NCBI GenBank assembly: GCA_963514005.1
Contig: OY740804.1
Span: 2,232,001-2,296,000, forward strand
Direction: 5' to 3'
From: Raja brachyura
Taxonomy: Eukaryota
DNA length: 64,000 bases
In this document: positions 47,168 through 62,000 of the stretch, piece after piece
How positions within the stretch are numbered: position 1 is the stretch's first letter
How the letters are laid out: the number at the start of each line of letters is the position of its first letter
Program-made: the position numbers and the translations under genes
The notes under the pieces: model-generated
Databases searched by the model: none
The model's input: only the letters and a program-made list of their open reading frames with translations
Told to the model about the DNA's origin: nothing

Positions 47168-50100
47168 CCCCATCCACGCTACTAGTTACATCCTCGAAAA
47201 ATTCCACAAGATTCGTCAGACATGATTTACCTTTCGTAAATCCATGCTGACTTTGTCCAATGATTTCACCACTTTCCAAATGTGCTGCTATCCCATCTTT
47301 AATAACTGACTCTAGCAGTTTCCCCACTACCGATGTTAGACTAACTGGTCTGTAATTCCCCGTTTTCTCTCTCCCCCCCTTCTTAAAAAGAGGGGTTACG
47401 TTTGCTACCCGCCAATCCTCAGGAACTACTCCAGAATCTAAAGAGTTTTGAAAGATTATCACTAATGCATCCACTATTTCCAGAGCTATTTCCTTAAGTA
47501 CTCTGGGATGCAGCCTATCTGGCCCTGGGGATTTATCGGCCTTTAATCCATTCAATTTACCCAACACCACTTCCCGACTAACCTGGATTTCACTCAAGTA
47601 CTCCTTTGACCCGCGGTCCCCTGCTATTTCCGGCAGATTATTTATGTCTTCCTTAGTGAAGACGGAACCAAAGTAGTTATTCAATTGGTCAGCCATATCC
47701 TTGTTCCCCATGATCAACTCACCTGTTTCTGACTGCAAGGGACCTACATTTGTTTTAACTAATCTCTTTCTCTTCACATATCTGTAAAAACTTTTGCAGT
47801 CAGTTTTTATGTTCCCTGCCAGTTTTCTTTCATAATCTATTTTTCCTTTCCTAATCAAGCCCTTTGTCCTTCTCTGCTGGTCTCTGAATTTCTCCCAGTC
47901 CTCTGGTATGCTGCTTTTTCTGGCTACTTTGTACGCATCATCCTTTGCTTTGATACTATCCCTGATTTCCCTTGTTATCCACGGATGCACTACCTTCCCT
48001 GATCTATTCTTTTGCCAAATTGGGATGAACAATTTTTGTAGTTCATCCATGCAGTCTTTAAATGTCTTCCATTGTGTATCCACCGTCAACCCTTTTAGAA
48101 TTGATTGCCAGTCAATATTGGCCAATTCACGTCTCATACCCTCAAAGTTACCTTTCCTTAAGTTCAGAACCATTGTTTCTGAATTAACAATGTCACTCTC
48201 CATCCTAATGAAGAACTCGACCATATTATGGTCACTCTTGCCCAAGGGGGCACGCACAATAAGACTCCTAACTAACCCTTCCTCATTACTCAATACCCAG
48301 TCTAAAATAGCCTGCTCTCTCGTTGGTTCCTCTACATGTTGATTTAGATAACTATCCCTCATACTTTCCAAAAAATCCTCTTCCTCAGCGCCTGCCAATT
48401 TGATTCACCCAATCTATATGTGGATTGAAGTCACCCATTATAACTGTTTTGCCTTTGTCGCACGCATTTCTAATTTCCTGTTTTATACCATCCCCAACTT
48501 CACTACTACTGTTAGGTGGCCTGTACACAACTCCCACTAGCGTTTTCTGCCCCTTATTGTTTCGCAGCTCTACCCATACCGATTCCACATGCTCCAAGCT
48601 AATGTCCTTCCTTTCCATTGCGTTAATCTCCTCTCTAACCAGCAACGCTACCCCACCTCCTTTTCCTTTCTCTCTATCCCTCCTGAATATTGAATACCCC
48701 TGGATGTTCAGCTCCCAGCCTTGGTCACCCTGGAGCCATGTCTCCGTGATCCCAACTATATCATACTCATTAATAGCTATCTGCACGTTCAACTCATCCA
48801 CCTTATTACGAATACTCCTTGCATTGAGACACAAAGCCTTCAGACTTGTTTTTACATCCCTTTTTTTCCCTATATCGTTGGTGCCAATATGCACCACGAC
48901 AACTGGCTGTTCACCCTCCCCCTCCAGAATGTTCTGCAGCCGTTCAGTAACATCCCTGACCTTTGCAGCAGGGAGGCAACATACCATCCTGGAGTCTCTT
49001 TTGCGTCCGCAGAAACGCCTATCTATTCCCCTGACAATTGAATCCCCTATTACAATAGCCCTTCCCCTCTTTTTTCCCCCATCATGTGCTGCAGAGCCAC
49101 CCATGGTGCCATGAACGTGGCTGCTGCTGCATTCCCCTGATGAGCCATCTCCCTCAACAGTATCCAAAATGGTAAACCTGTTGAGTAGGGAGATGACCGC
49201 AGGGGACTCCTGCACTATCTGCCTACAGCTTTGCTGGCTATTGGCCACCCGCTCCCTTTCTGTCCTCTTACCTTTTACCTGTGGCGTGACCAACTTGCTG
49301 TATGTGCTGTCCACAACTTTCTCTGCGTCGTGGATGCTCCAGTATGAATCCAGCCGCAGCTCCAATCGTTCAATGCTTTTTTAATTTTTTTAAATTTCAA
49401 AATAGACTTTATTAAAGTAATTAATATATACAGCACATCAACCGTGCGAAAAATCCATCCGACATTTTCGGAGGCACTATAAATTGCTCCATACAGTCTA
49501 TACACATTTTTTCAAATTTCGCGAATCGATCCCCCACCCGTGCCACTCATGTGGCCACTGGCATGGGTTATCTTCCTTTATTTTGAGGGGCGTCCCCACC
49601 ATACCGTGCCCCCCATGTCCAGCAGCGGAAGGACCTTAGACTGTGGCCCTCCCCCACCGAGCCTTGGCGTTGGCTGCACAGGGAGCTTCAGTGCGCCCCT
49701 CAGCACGTACTCCTGCAGTCTGCAGTGGGCCAGTCGGCAACATTCCCCGACGGACATCTCGCTCTGCTGGGTGGTGAACAAAGCTCGGGCAGACCAGAGA
49801 GCGTCTTTCACCGAGTTGATAACCCTCCAGCAGCACTTGATATCAGTCTCTGAATGTGTCCCTGGGAACAGTCCGTAAATCACAGAGTCCTCTGTGACGG
49901 AGCTGTTTGGAATAAAGCGTACCAGGGACCCTTGCATTTTTCTCCAGACTCTTTGGGCAAATCCACACTCTGCAAAGAGGTGGGCAACCGTCTCCACTCC
50001 ATAGCAGCCGTCCCGAGGGCAGCATGCAATGCGGTCTGCCAGGAGCTGCAGCTGGACACACTTCCTGCAAACGTAGTCACCAGGGACACCGACCATATCC

Positions 50101-50367
50101 CTGATCTCCCACATGTTGCAGGCTGAGCAAGGCACGGGACCAATCTCCACTGACACCTTACTCTATTAAATATATATATTTTTTAAATTTATTTTTTATT
50201 AAACACAAAACTTTATTCTTTAAACTTTACTAATAAATACTAATAAATATTGAATCCCTAACACCCAGAATCCTTAGCTCCCAGAATCCTTAAACCTGTA
50301 GGCAGAAATGTAGAAATGTAAATCCCGGGTTGCAGCCAATCAGCTGCTTCCTCTGGTCCTCTTCATC
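47168..50367 (-). mobile_element. CR1 LINE 5' portion (ORF1 zinc finger and esterase, APE endonuclease, start of RT), 3'-truncated
   Basis: CSACNMWE...CRKC; VIGDSIVR...VHIGTND (SGNH esterase); CLNARSIRNK, GITETW, MGDFN, SDHN (APE); KSPGPD, NYRPVSLTS, QHGF (RT). Only in unit 2. Confidence 0.92.
49377..50026 (-). mobile_element. 3' end of an L1/Tx1-type LINE nested in CR1 ORF1
   Basis: CPRDGC...ETVAHLFAECGFAQRVW zinc knuckle, A-rich tail, TSD CAATGC at 49371-49376 and 50027-50032. Confidence 0.8.
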
Positions 50368-53300
50368 AGCCTCACGTGCGGCACTTTATCAAAGGCTTCC
50401 AAAGGGGACTTCCGAACCAGGGTCACAGTTTAAGAATAAGGGGTTAGGCCATTTCGGACTGAGATGAGGAAAGAAATAACCACCCAGAGAGTTCTGAATC
50501 TGTGGAATTCTCAGACACAGAAGGCAGTGGAGGCCAATTCACTGGATGGTTTCAAGAGAGAGTTAGATTTAGCTCTTGGGGCTAACGGAATCAAGGGATA
50601 TGAGCAAAAAGCAGGAACGGGGCACTGATTTTGGATGATCAGCCATGATCATATTGAATGGCGGTGCTGGCTCGAAGGGCCAAATGGATTACTCCTCGGC
50701 CTATTTTCTATGTTTCTGTGACTCGCAGGAGCCACAACGAGGATGTGTGGGGCACGTTGTCAACTGTTGGGACATCTTTGATGACCACAATCTCGTTAGT
50801 AATTAACGGCGGCTGACTAGCGACCACACAGAGACAATTCTGGGCACCACTCTGTGAACACCAATATTTGCTTGACACCAGTTTGTATTGGGGTAGCATA
50901 GCTGTAGAGTTACTGCCTCACAGTGCCAGACACCCGGGTTCGATTATGACTACGGGTGCTGACTACTCGTGACAGCGGCCAGAATCACCAGAAGAGAAAT
51001 ACCAATTACTAGAGGACGTCAGACAGACAGTTCGAGTAGATCATCAGAACAATTTTCCAAGGGTGGGAATGTAAAGGACTAGTGGGCAGAGCTTTAAGGC
51101 GAGAGGGGCAAAGTTTAAATGAGATGTGTGCGGCAAGTTTTTTTTACACGGAGAGTGATGGGGCCCTGGAACGCGCTGCCAGGGGCGGTGGTGGAGACAG
51201 ATACGATAGTGGTGTTTAAGAGGCTTTTAGATTGGCACATGGATATGTAGGGAATGGAGGGATACGGGTCACGTGCAGGCAGAGGGGATTAGTTTAACCT
51301 GTCTGCAGGTGAATGGTGGAATCTGGGAGAAATTGAAAACCATATAGAGAGAGTAAAGTTGGATTAGATTAGTGTAGATGGATGGCTGTTGGATAGCATG
51401 GACACAAAGGTTCTGTGTCTCTCTGAAAACAAGATTGTGCAAAAGCTTGAAAGGTAAGTAACTGCATGAGACTGTGACATTCATACTGATGTGATCCTTC
51501 CCTCTGGAAGGCGACTCCGGACTGTCAAAGCTCAACAGCTTTTTTTCCCCATGAGCAGTAGCTCTACTCAGCAACCAGAAATCTGTAGCCTCCTTGTGCT
51601 CTGGTATTTTATGTCATTCTTCACATGTTTAAATTGTAATGTTTCATTCCTAATTGTTAACTGCATATCGTGTTGTTACTTGCGAGCAAAGCACCGAGTC
51701 AAATTCTTGTATATATACATACTTGGCTAATTACAGTTATTCAATTCAATTCATAGCAACAGAAATTGCTGACTTTAATTGATAAACTGTTTATCAGGAT
51801 GAGGGGAATTTTGAAGGATGAGGGGGTGGGGACCTCATAGAAACTTACCGATTAGTTTAAAGACCTGGGCAGAGTGGATGTGGAGAGGATGTTGCCATTA
51901 TTTACGGAGTCCAGGACCAGAGGGCACAGCCTCAGAATAAAAGTAAGTACCTTTAGGAAGGAGATGTGACCTGGACAGGTTGAGTGAGTGGGCAGATGCG
52001 TGGCAGATGCAGTATAATATAGATAAATGTGAGGTTATCCACTTTGGCGGCAAAAAAAGGGGGCAGATTATTAACTCAATGGGGTTAGGTTAGGTAAGAG
52101 GGAGGTGCAGCGAGACATGGGCGTCCTTGTACACCGGTCACTGAAGGTTGGCGTGCAGGTACAGCAGGCAGTGAAGAAAGCTAATGGAATGTTGGCCTTC
52201 ATAACAAGAGGATTTCAGTATAGGAGTAAAGAGGTTCTTCTGCAGTTGTACAGGGCTCTGGTGAGACCACATCTGGAGTATTGTGTACAGTTTTGGTCTC
52301 CTAATTTGAGGAAGGACATCCTTGTGATTGAGGCAGTGCAGCGTAGGTTCACGAGACTGATCACTGGGATGGCGGGACTGTCATATGAGGAAAGATTGAA
52401 AAGACTAGGCTTGTATTCACTTAAGTTTAGAAGGATGATGGGGAATCTTATAGAAACATATAAAATTATAAAAGGACTGGACAAGCTAGATGCAGGAAAA
52501 TGTTCCCAATGTTGGGCGAGTCCAGAACCAGGGGCCACAGTCTTAGAATAATGGGGAAGCCATTTGAGATTGAGGTGAGAAAAAACGTTTTCACCCTGAG
52601 AGTTGAGAATTTGTGGAATTCCCTGCCACAGAGGCCAGTGGAGGCCAAGTCACTGGATTGATTTAAGAGAGAGTTAGATAGAGCTCTAGGGGCTAGTGGA
52701 GTCAAGGTATATGGGGAGAAGGCAGGCACGGGTTATTGATTGGGGATAATCAGCCATGATCACAATGAAACGTGGTGCTTGCTTGAAGGGCTGAATGGCC
52801 TCCTCCTGCACCTATTTTCTACGTTTCTATGTTACTATGTTTCTATGAGATGAGGAGGAATTTCCTTAGTCAGAGGGTGGTGAATCTGTGGAATTCATTG
52901 CCACAGACGGCCGTGGAGGCCAAGTCATTGAGTATTTTGAAAGTGGAAATTGACAGATTCTTGATTAGTGCGGATGTCAGAGATTATGGGGAGGAGGCAG
53001 GAGAATGGGGTTGAGAGGGAGAGACAGATCAGCCATGTAGACTTGATGGGGCAAATGGCCTAATTCTGATCCTGGAACTGATGTACATGAACAGACACAA
53101 AGTACGCTGTTATATGCTTGAAATTATGACTTTATTTTATTGTTTTAACAGCAACAATTATCTTTGTGATGAACAATTGATGGTGGAAGTTCCGAGTTGT
53201 TTGTCGACCACAGTCTGCAACAGAAAGATCATCTTAGATTTCTCAAAACCAGGAAGGATGTCTACACATCAGATCAAAAACAATATCTTAAGTACATATT

Positions 53301-53464
53301 TATATTTAAGTTTCTAGTTTAGTTTATTATTGTCACGTGTACCGAGGTGAAGTGAAAAGTTTAATGTGTGCGTGCTATCCTGTCAGCGGAAAGACTACAC
53401 ATGATTACAGTCGAGCCGCCCACAGTGTACAGATACAGGATGAAGGGGTTAACGTTCTGTGCGT

Positions 53465-54200
53465 GGAGCACTAGGACCCAGCAGAGTCGTCACTACTGAT
53501 GGGTCTTTCCTATAGGAGTGTGGGTTTGGGGGGGCACTAGGACCCAGCAGAGTCATCATGAAAATTATAGAGCTCTCTTTGATCTTTGGTCATCACCACT
53601 GATGGGTCTTCCCTATGGAGGGGAGAAGGGGGGCACTAGGACCCAGCAGAGTCATCACCACTGATGGGTCTTCCATATAGGAGTGTGGGTTTGGGGGGGC
53701 ATTAGGACCCAGCAGAGTCATCACCACTGATGGGTCTTCCCTATAGACGGGAGGGGGGGCACTAGGACCCAGCAGAGTCATCACCCCTGATGGGTCTTCC
53801 CTATAGAGGGGAGGGGGGGCACTAGGACCCAGCAGAGTCATCACCCCTGATGGGTCTTCCCTAAAGAGTGGAGGGGGGGCACTAGGACCCAGCAGAGTCA
53901 TCACCACTGATGGGTCTTCCCTAAAGAGGGGAGGGGGGGCACTAGGACCCAGCAGAGTCATCACCCCTGATGGGTCTTCCCGACAGGAGTGTGGGTTTGG
54001 GGGGGCATTAGGACCCAGCAGAGTCATCACCACTGATGGGTCTTCCCTATAGAGGGGAGGGGGGGCACTAGGACCCAGCAGAGTCATCACCCCTGATAGG
54101 TCTTCCCTATAGAGGGGAGGGGGGGCTCTAGGACCCAGCAGTCATCACTACTGATCGGTATTCCCTATAGGGGAGTGGGAGGGGGGGGGGGGCACTAGAT
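53465..54200 (+). repeat. ~60-bp G-rich minisatellite, unit-2 copy (~12 units)
   Basis: Same unit, different copy number and variant order. Confidence 0.93.
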
Positions 54201-56067
54201 GGCCGTTTAGGCAGTGGGTGTTGTTGCTGCTCCTGGTGGTGGCCATCTCCGCCTCATGAGGGTGAGCGTATGTCGATGTAGCAACGTTACGAAATTTTGA
54301 GATTTAAAAAAATCAAGTCTGCAATTTATCCCATCAGAAAAGCATAAAAATAAGTTTAATTTGACACCTAATTCACTTTCATATCTTCAGTATTAAAAAG
54401 GTTATGGCCATTTTCATACTCTGAAATTAGCATCTTGTTCCCTATTGCTTTTCCATCAACTTAACACAAAAACTGTGATTAAGGACAGTCAAAACCCCAT
54501 AACTTTTTTGTCAAATTAAGAGAACTGAGTGAATTTTTCAGTTTTTATAGATTGAAGCATTCTGAAACAAATATGAAACACTCTTACTTGGATGACCTGA
54601 AATTAAAACATATAATTAGTTAGTTACCTAATTGTAGCTAATTACAAAATTCAATTACTAGATCTAAACATCTATCCATTTCTTAAGAAAAGGTTAACAT
54701 TTTAAAAAAAGCCTAAGTGTCCAGATAACATTCATACAAGAATTCACAATATAACATGATTTTTTAATCTCATTGTTATGAATTTATAGGTCAAATGGAA
54801 GGAATTTAGTGTTTAATTCCCGTAAATTAATGGCCATTTAAATCAACTTGCGAGTGGGTTTTTGTGGAACGCGATGGATTGGAACATTGCGGTTTGCGGT
54901 GAATTTAACCCCCAGTCGGCAGGAAAAATACTGCCAGTTCATATATTTTTAAAGACACCTTTTCGCAACATGAAATTTTGATTAAAGGCTTCCTAAGAAG
55001 CACATTTTTATGTAAAAATAAACCGTGTACTTTCTTTTGCCCCTACGTAAGATCTGTCCCGTTGTCAGCGTTCACGGATTTAGGAGATGATTTTTAATTC
55101 ACTCTAGCAATTAAATTATTCAGCGCAGTTTAAAAATACCTCCATAAAACAAATGTCGGAGCGATTTCTCTTCAGCAATTAAATCCCCTGAGATTAATCG
55201 ATTTGAATGATCTGGAGTAAACGGCATTTAAAACCCACCCCCCTCTCAAAGGCACCAAAGTCGCGCACACGGGCAGTGAAAGAACTGCAGCGCCGCTGAA
55301 GGTAAGCTTTGTAACATACATAGTCAGTGTGTGTCAGTGGGTGAGAGTGTGTGTGTGGGCCGAATAGCCTACTCCCGTACCTATTTTTTTCTAACTCCAC
55401 ACATAGACAGCTCCAGTAGTCAGGATTGAACCCGTATCTCTGGAGCTGCGAGGCAGAGGCTCGACCCGCTGCACGGCTACATTCTCTGGAGCATTTGCTG
55501 GAATGGTCGTCTGTTTCCTGGCCTGTTGGTTCCCTTGCCCACCGCCACCACCACAGTCTTCACCCAGAAAAGAGGTGGCACGGTGGTGCAGCGGCAGACA
55601 CACCACTTGCGTGTCTTACAGCGCCATAGACCCGGGTTCCATCCTGACCTCGGGTGCTGTCTGCACAGAGTTTACACGTTCTCACTGTGACCGCGTGGGT
55701 TTTCTCCGGGTGCTCCGGTTTCCTCCCACATTCCAAAATCATACAGGTTTATCAGTTAATTGGCTTCTGTAAATTGCAAACTGTCCCTAGTGTGTTGGAT
55801 AGTGCTAGTGATCGCTAGTTGGTGTGGACTCGATGGGCCGAAAGGTCTGTTTTCGCACTGTATCTCTATAGACTAGAGGTGAAAATACTATGACCAATGA
55901 ACGTTTTGGGTGGCCAATCACATACTACTGTTGTGTTTCTTACCCCACGAGCATTAGGGTCAAGTAGGGTCAGTATGGACTTGTTGGGCTGAAGGGCTGG
56001 TTCAGAGATGTATGACTCGATGCCCAGTATAGAGTGTGAGGTAGGTAAGCAGTCTCACCTTCTGCCA

Positions 56068-59000
56068 TTAAGGCCAGTTGCAGCATTTACAGGATGAGTC
56101 GAAGACCAATCCTGCGGCACAGCTCTTCACGTAGGTCCGACCATCATCGCACTGGTAGAACTTGTTCTTGTTCTTGGGATCGGGGAAGGTACCATTCGCT
56201 TTGCCCTGACAGAAGCCACTGCCTCCACCACCGCTGCCTCCACCACCGCTAGGAGCATCAGTAGGTGGGACCGCCGGCTTCAATGTTGTCTTGGATGGGA
56301 CGCAAGCTGCAGAGAAACACAGTTGGTTATGTTCTCCTAAAGTCTTAGGAGAATTAGGTGATTTGGCCCATTGACTTACCCCACCTTTCAATCATGGTTG
56401 ATCTATCCCACCCTCTCAACCCCATTCTCCTGCCTTCTCCCCATAAACCCTGACACCCGAACTAATCAAGAATCTGTCGATCACCGCCTTAGAACGCAGG
56501 TCCACAAAGTATGAATATCCCAGTCAATGGGATTATGCCACTGAACCCCCCTCTCACCAACTCCAGAGTGGTCCTGACCTCACATCTACCCCAGATGCTG
56601 GTCTATAAAAAGAGACACAATGTGCTGGAGTAACTCAGTTGCTTGTTCTCTATACCCACCACCCTCTGTGGGGAAAACGTAACTATCACACCTAGTCCTA
56701 CCACTATCTGCCTCCACCACCACCCCCGGTAGCGTGTTCCAGGCACCCACCACCCTCTGTGTGTAAGACTGGTCCTGCATATCTCCATTACCTGCAGAGA
56801 TGCCAAGGCCAGAGTGCAGAGTGTTGATGAGGGGGTAGGGTCCCTGGTGACAGAAGGCACCAGAGAAGTCATCCAGAGCCAGATCCCAGACCATAGCTCC
56901 TCCAAAGTTGTTCTTCTTCAGCCACTCAACCTGGAAGACACGGTTCACATCTTTACACCAGCATCCCTCAGTCAATATTGGCTTCTACGATGCGCTGTAG
57001 AAAGCTTTTTATCAGGATTCAACACAGCACGGTTTGGGAATGGCTCCATCCAAAACCCGCAGGAAATTGCAGGGAGTTGCTGACGCAGCCCAGACCATCA
57101 CGTAAACCAACCTCCCTTCCATTGACTCCATCTACACCTCGCGCTGCCTCAGCAAGGCCACCAGCATAATCGAGGACCAGTCTCACCCCAGCACCAGAGA
57201 AATAAAACAGAAATTCCAAGTTTCCCCGATGTGAATCCTAACCCCTTTCTCCTGCTTTCTCCCCCTAACCCCTGATACCTGAACACCATGAGTTTATGGT
57301 GAGCTGGAAATATTTTGTAGAATGTAATGATTCCAAGGATTTTGAACCATAATTCTGGAGATCACTGTTGGAAACTCTGCAGTAGATATTGAGATAAACG
57401 AGACCACGATGGCTCACGTGGAAAGGATGGAACTTCGATGGTCAGATGTACCTTGTCTCCGAAGCTCTTGACGTTGTCATAGCCGACCCATATTCCATTC
57501 TTGAAGGCGTACGGGGTGTCCTGTGGGGCGTTCCATTCGGCGGTGGCACCATTCAGGAACCCGCAGATCTGTCCAGATAAGGAGATGTTAGGGACCAATC
57601 TTGTCGAAGTGGAAAAAAATCATGAGAGGAACCGATCAGGTAGATGCAAAGTGTCTCTTGCCGAGAGTCGGGGAATCGAGAACCAGAGGACATAAGGTGA
57701 GGGAGAAAGATTTAATAGGAATGGTGCTGGCTTGAAGGGCCGAATGGCCTACTCCTGCACCTATTGTCTATTAAACCTGAGGGGTAACGATTTGACACCG
57801 TGGGTAGTGGGTGTATGGAACAGATGGGTGGAGATAGTGACAAAAGCTGGAGGGGAACAGGAGACAAAATAGTGTCAGATACTGATAGAAGAGGAACAGA
57901 GAGATGTGCAAAGAGAGGAGGAGAGAGATATGTGAAGAGAAGGGAGAAAGACATGAAAGAAGGATAGAAAGAGGAGAGGAGGGAAAGATATATAAAGAGA
58001 GGAAAGAGAGATATGTCCAGAAAGAGGAGGAGAGAGATGTAAAGCGCGAGGGAGGGATGTGGAGAGAAGGAGATAGCGGGGAGGGCAAATAGGAAGGGGA
58101 GGATAGAAGGGAAATGGGGATCTCTGAGAGAAGAGGAGGGGAACGGAGAACGTGGGTGTGCGATGTTTCGGATGGAGATCCTTCCTCATGTGCCCATCTA
58201 TGTTGTGTGTGGTTATTCAGTATTGGATTGGAAGATAACATTGAGTAAAGGGCCACGCGGTTGGATTGGTCGGTAGGTACAGTACCTCATAGTAGGCCAG
58301 GAAGCCGGCTTGGCGGGTGAATTTGCCGGCTGGTCCAGCGCCTCCTGCTGGGGCACCCACGGCCGTGCTGGACGAGGTCAGTCTGAAGGTGTGTCCGTAG
58401 GTGGGGAAGCCCACATTCAACTTGTCCATTGGAGCCCCCTTGCTCTTCCAGTAGTTCATGGCGTATTCCTGCAGGGACACAGTTGGCATCAAAGGACTTG
58501 AGGCTCATGTTTAAGTTTATTATTGTCACGTGTACCGAGGCACAGTGAAAAGCTTCCAAACAGATCAGATAATACCGTACATAAATACAATCAAGTCAAA
58601 CTCAGGTACAATAGATAGAACAAAGGGGAAGATACAGAGTGCAGAATATAGTTCTCAGCATCGTAGCGCATCAGTTCCACAGACAAAGTCCAATGTCCAC
58701 AATGGGGTAGAGGTGAATCGGACAGTACCCTAGCTTATGGAACAACTGTTCAGAAGCCTGATAGCAGAGGGCAAGGAGCTGTTCCTGAGTCTGGTGGTGC
58801 GCGCTTTCAAGCTTCTGTACCTTCTGCTAGACAGGACCAGGGAGAAGGAGGAATGACCGGGGTGGGACAAGTCTTTGATTCTGCTGGCTGCTTTTCTGAG
58901 GCAGCGTGAAGTGTAGATGGAGTCAATGGTGGGGAGTGGGGTCTGTGTGATGGACTGGGCTCCATCCACAACTCTCTGCAATTTCTTGTGGTCTTGGGTT

Positions 59001-62000
59001 CAGAGCTGTTCCCAAACCTAGTTGTGATGCAACCCCACTGTCTGCTCTCCATGGTGTTTGGAACAGTTATATGGACTTGGTAAAATGGGTTTGCCAATTC
59101 GGAGAGAGGAAATGAAAAAGTTGAGCAAGATTTATTTTTCTTGAGCACTTACCACATTGAAGTGGGTGTTGGTGTAATCGTTGTCATTAGGCAGGGCATA
59201 GAGGGGGCTGTTCTCTCCAGTAACGTGGCTCCAGGGACCATAGAAATCGTAGGTCATCACGTTGAAGAAGTCAACTACCCTGCAAGAGAGGAGACCGGGT
59301 CACCCTGATACTCCATGCCCCAAATTAACATCAGAACACAGAACAGTACAACACGTGAACAGGCCCTTCTACCCACAATGTCCGTGCCAAACATGACGGC
59401 AAGATAAACTCATCTCCTCTGTCTGCACGTGATCCGTATCCCTCCATTCCCTGCATATCCACGCGCCTATCCACAAGCCTCTTAAACACCACTATCGTAT
59501 CTGCCTCCATCACCACCCCTGGCAGCGCATTCCAGGCATCCACCACCCTCTCTGTGTTAAAAAAAACATGCACATCTCCTTTAAACTTGAACATGGTGCC
59601 AAGTCCATCACTTATCTACATGCACATCACCAACATCCCTCCATGCCCGGCATTATCATGTGCCCATCTAAAGGTCTTTTAAATGCACTAAGGTATCTAC
59701 TTCAACCACCACCCAGCAGGTTCTGGCTGTCTACCCTATCTATGCCTCTAGTGATTTATAAACTTCTATCAAGTCTCTCCTCAACCCCTGATGTTCCAGA
59801 GGAAACAATGCAAGTTTGTCCAACCTCTCCCTGTAGCTAATCCACTCTAATCCAGGCAACGTTCTGGTAAATCTCCTCTGCACCGTCTCCAAAGTCTCCA
59901 CATCCTTCCTGTAATGGAGACAACCAGACCTGCACGCAATGCTCTAAATACCTCCTGGCTAAAGACCGACAGAGCTGCAAGTTGGCTTCCTGACTCTCAC
60001 GCTCAATGCGCTGACCGATGAAGGCATTGAATGCATTAGGGTTGTGGATGGATCTCAATCAACGTGCTGGAAGCTCCCACCATTGAAATTCTGGAGCGAT
60101 GAAAAACTAGTTCAAATACGACGTCAAACTGGCTAAACGCCCGAGATGAAAGCCCACAGGAAAAGTTGGGTTTCTTTGTGTGTAGAAGGACACTCACTTG
60201 CCGAGCTGAGGAACCTCGTAGCCAGTATCAATGTTGCTCATTCCACCAGCAACGGCAGCTGAGAGCAGCAGGCGTGGCTGTCCTGTGCTTTTCCCCTCGG
60301 CCTCGAAGGCAGCCATCAGCTCCTGTGGGTCAGAGAGATCGAGGGCTCCTTTAGCAAGAGGTCAAGTCTAGTCTTAGCAAGGGTCCCGACCCGAAACGTC
60401 ATCTATACTTTTTCCCCAGAGATGCTGCCTGACCCGCAGTGTTACTCCAACGCTTTGTGTCAATTTCAAGTTTGATTTAGTTTGGTTTAGAGATGAAGCG
60501 TGGAAACAGGCCCTTCGGCCCATCAAGTCCACGCCGACCAGCGATTACCCTTTCACTCTAGTTATATCCTACATACTTGGGACAATTTACTGAAGCCAAT
60601 TAACCTACAAACCCACACATATTTGGAGTGCAGGAGGAAACCAGATCACCTGAGGTCACTGGGTGAACGTACAAACTCCGTACAGACAGCATCCATGGTC
60701 AGGATTGAACCCGCGTCTCTGGCGCTGTGAGGCAGCAACTCTACCCCTGCACCACCGTATCGCCCAAGAGTGGGGAAGAAACCTTTTAATCCCCACTCAA
60801 AATGGTGCTTGGTTCAAATTTTATTAAATTCTTAATTTCTGAATTCTTAAATTCCTTTGTGTAATCTGTGAAAATCTGTCCTTTGTGATCTTGACAATAA
60901 GTTGCATTTATTGGATAAATTTGCAAGTCATAGAGTTATGTGGCGTGACAACAGACCCTTTGGCCCAACCTGCCCACACCGACCAATATGTCCCATCTAC
61001 ACTAGTCCCACAAAGTGCTGGAGTAACTCAGCGGGTCAGGCAGCATCTGTGGAGAACATGTTTAGGTGACGTTTCACAGAGTGCTGGAGTAACTCAATGG
61101 GTCAGGCAGCATCTGTGGAGAACATGGATAGGTGACGTTTCACACAGTGCTGGAGTAACTCAATGGGTCAGGCAGCATCTGTGGAGATAAAGGATGGGTT
61201 TGGCCTGCGTTTGGCCCAATTATTTTAACGAAACCCATAGTGAGATGTACTTGACCGCACCTGAGCCAGGACAGTGTAGAGATGCTTGTCAACAGGGGGA
61301 CTTCCTCGAGATCCAGGATATTCCCAATCGATGTCCAGACCGTCAAAGCCGTACCCTCTCAGGAAGGCGATGACTGACTTGATGAAGATTTGCCGAGTTC
61401 CTGATGAGGCGACCATCGCGGTGAATCTGCAGGAGGGGTGAATGTGGGGAGAGGAGTTAGAAATGAAATGTGCCGGAGACACGAGGAACGGCCGCTGTAC
61501 TCAGTGACCCAGTGACTCTGCTGTTATATCCTGTCATGTACAGATTCACGCAAGCCTTTGTTAAATGCTCAAGTGGTTAAAAAATTACTCCTTTCTCCTG
61601 TTATCATCTGAAGTTTCATGTGAAATTATTCTTTCCGAAAATGACGTTTAGTTTAGTTTAGAGATACAGCGCAGAAACAGGCCCTTCGGCCCACCCAGTC
61701 CGCACCGACCAGCGATCCCCGCACACTAACACTATCCTGCACACGCAAGGGACAATTTACGTTTATACCAGGCCAATAAACCTACAAATGGGTACGTCTT
61801 TGGAGCGTGGGAGCAAACTGAAGATCTCTGAGAAAACCCAGTCGGTCACAGGGAGAACGTACCAACTCCACACAGACAGCACCCGTAGTCAGGATCGAAA
61901 CCGGGTCTCTGGTGCTGTAAGGCAGCAACCACCAAAATATGGTTAAAAATGATAATGTAAAGTTATAGTACATTAAATGACCAAAGTTGCCTGGTTGCAC

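Larger units (their letters stand above)
28514..59727. repeat. Tandem segmental duplication, unit 2 (31.2 kb); unit 3 starts at 59728 and runs off the window
   Basis: Colinear with unit 1 at high identity apart from indels: hAT segment 30773-31394 absent in unit 1, extra CR1 at 45846-46338, 17343-18783 replaced by 47168-50367, ~21881-22436 missing. Confidence 0.97.
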
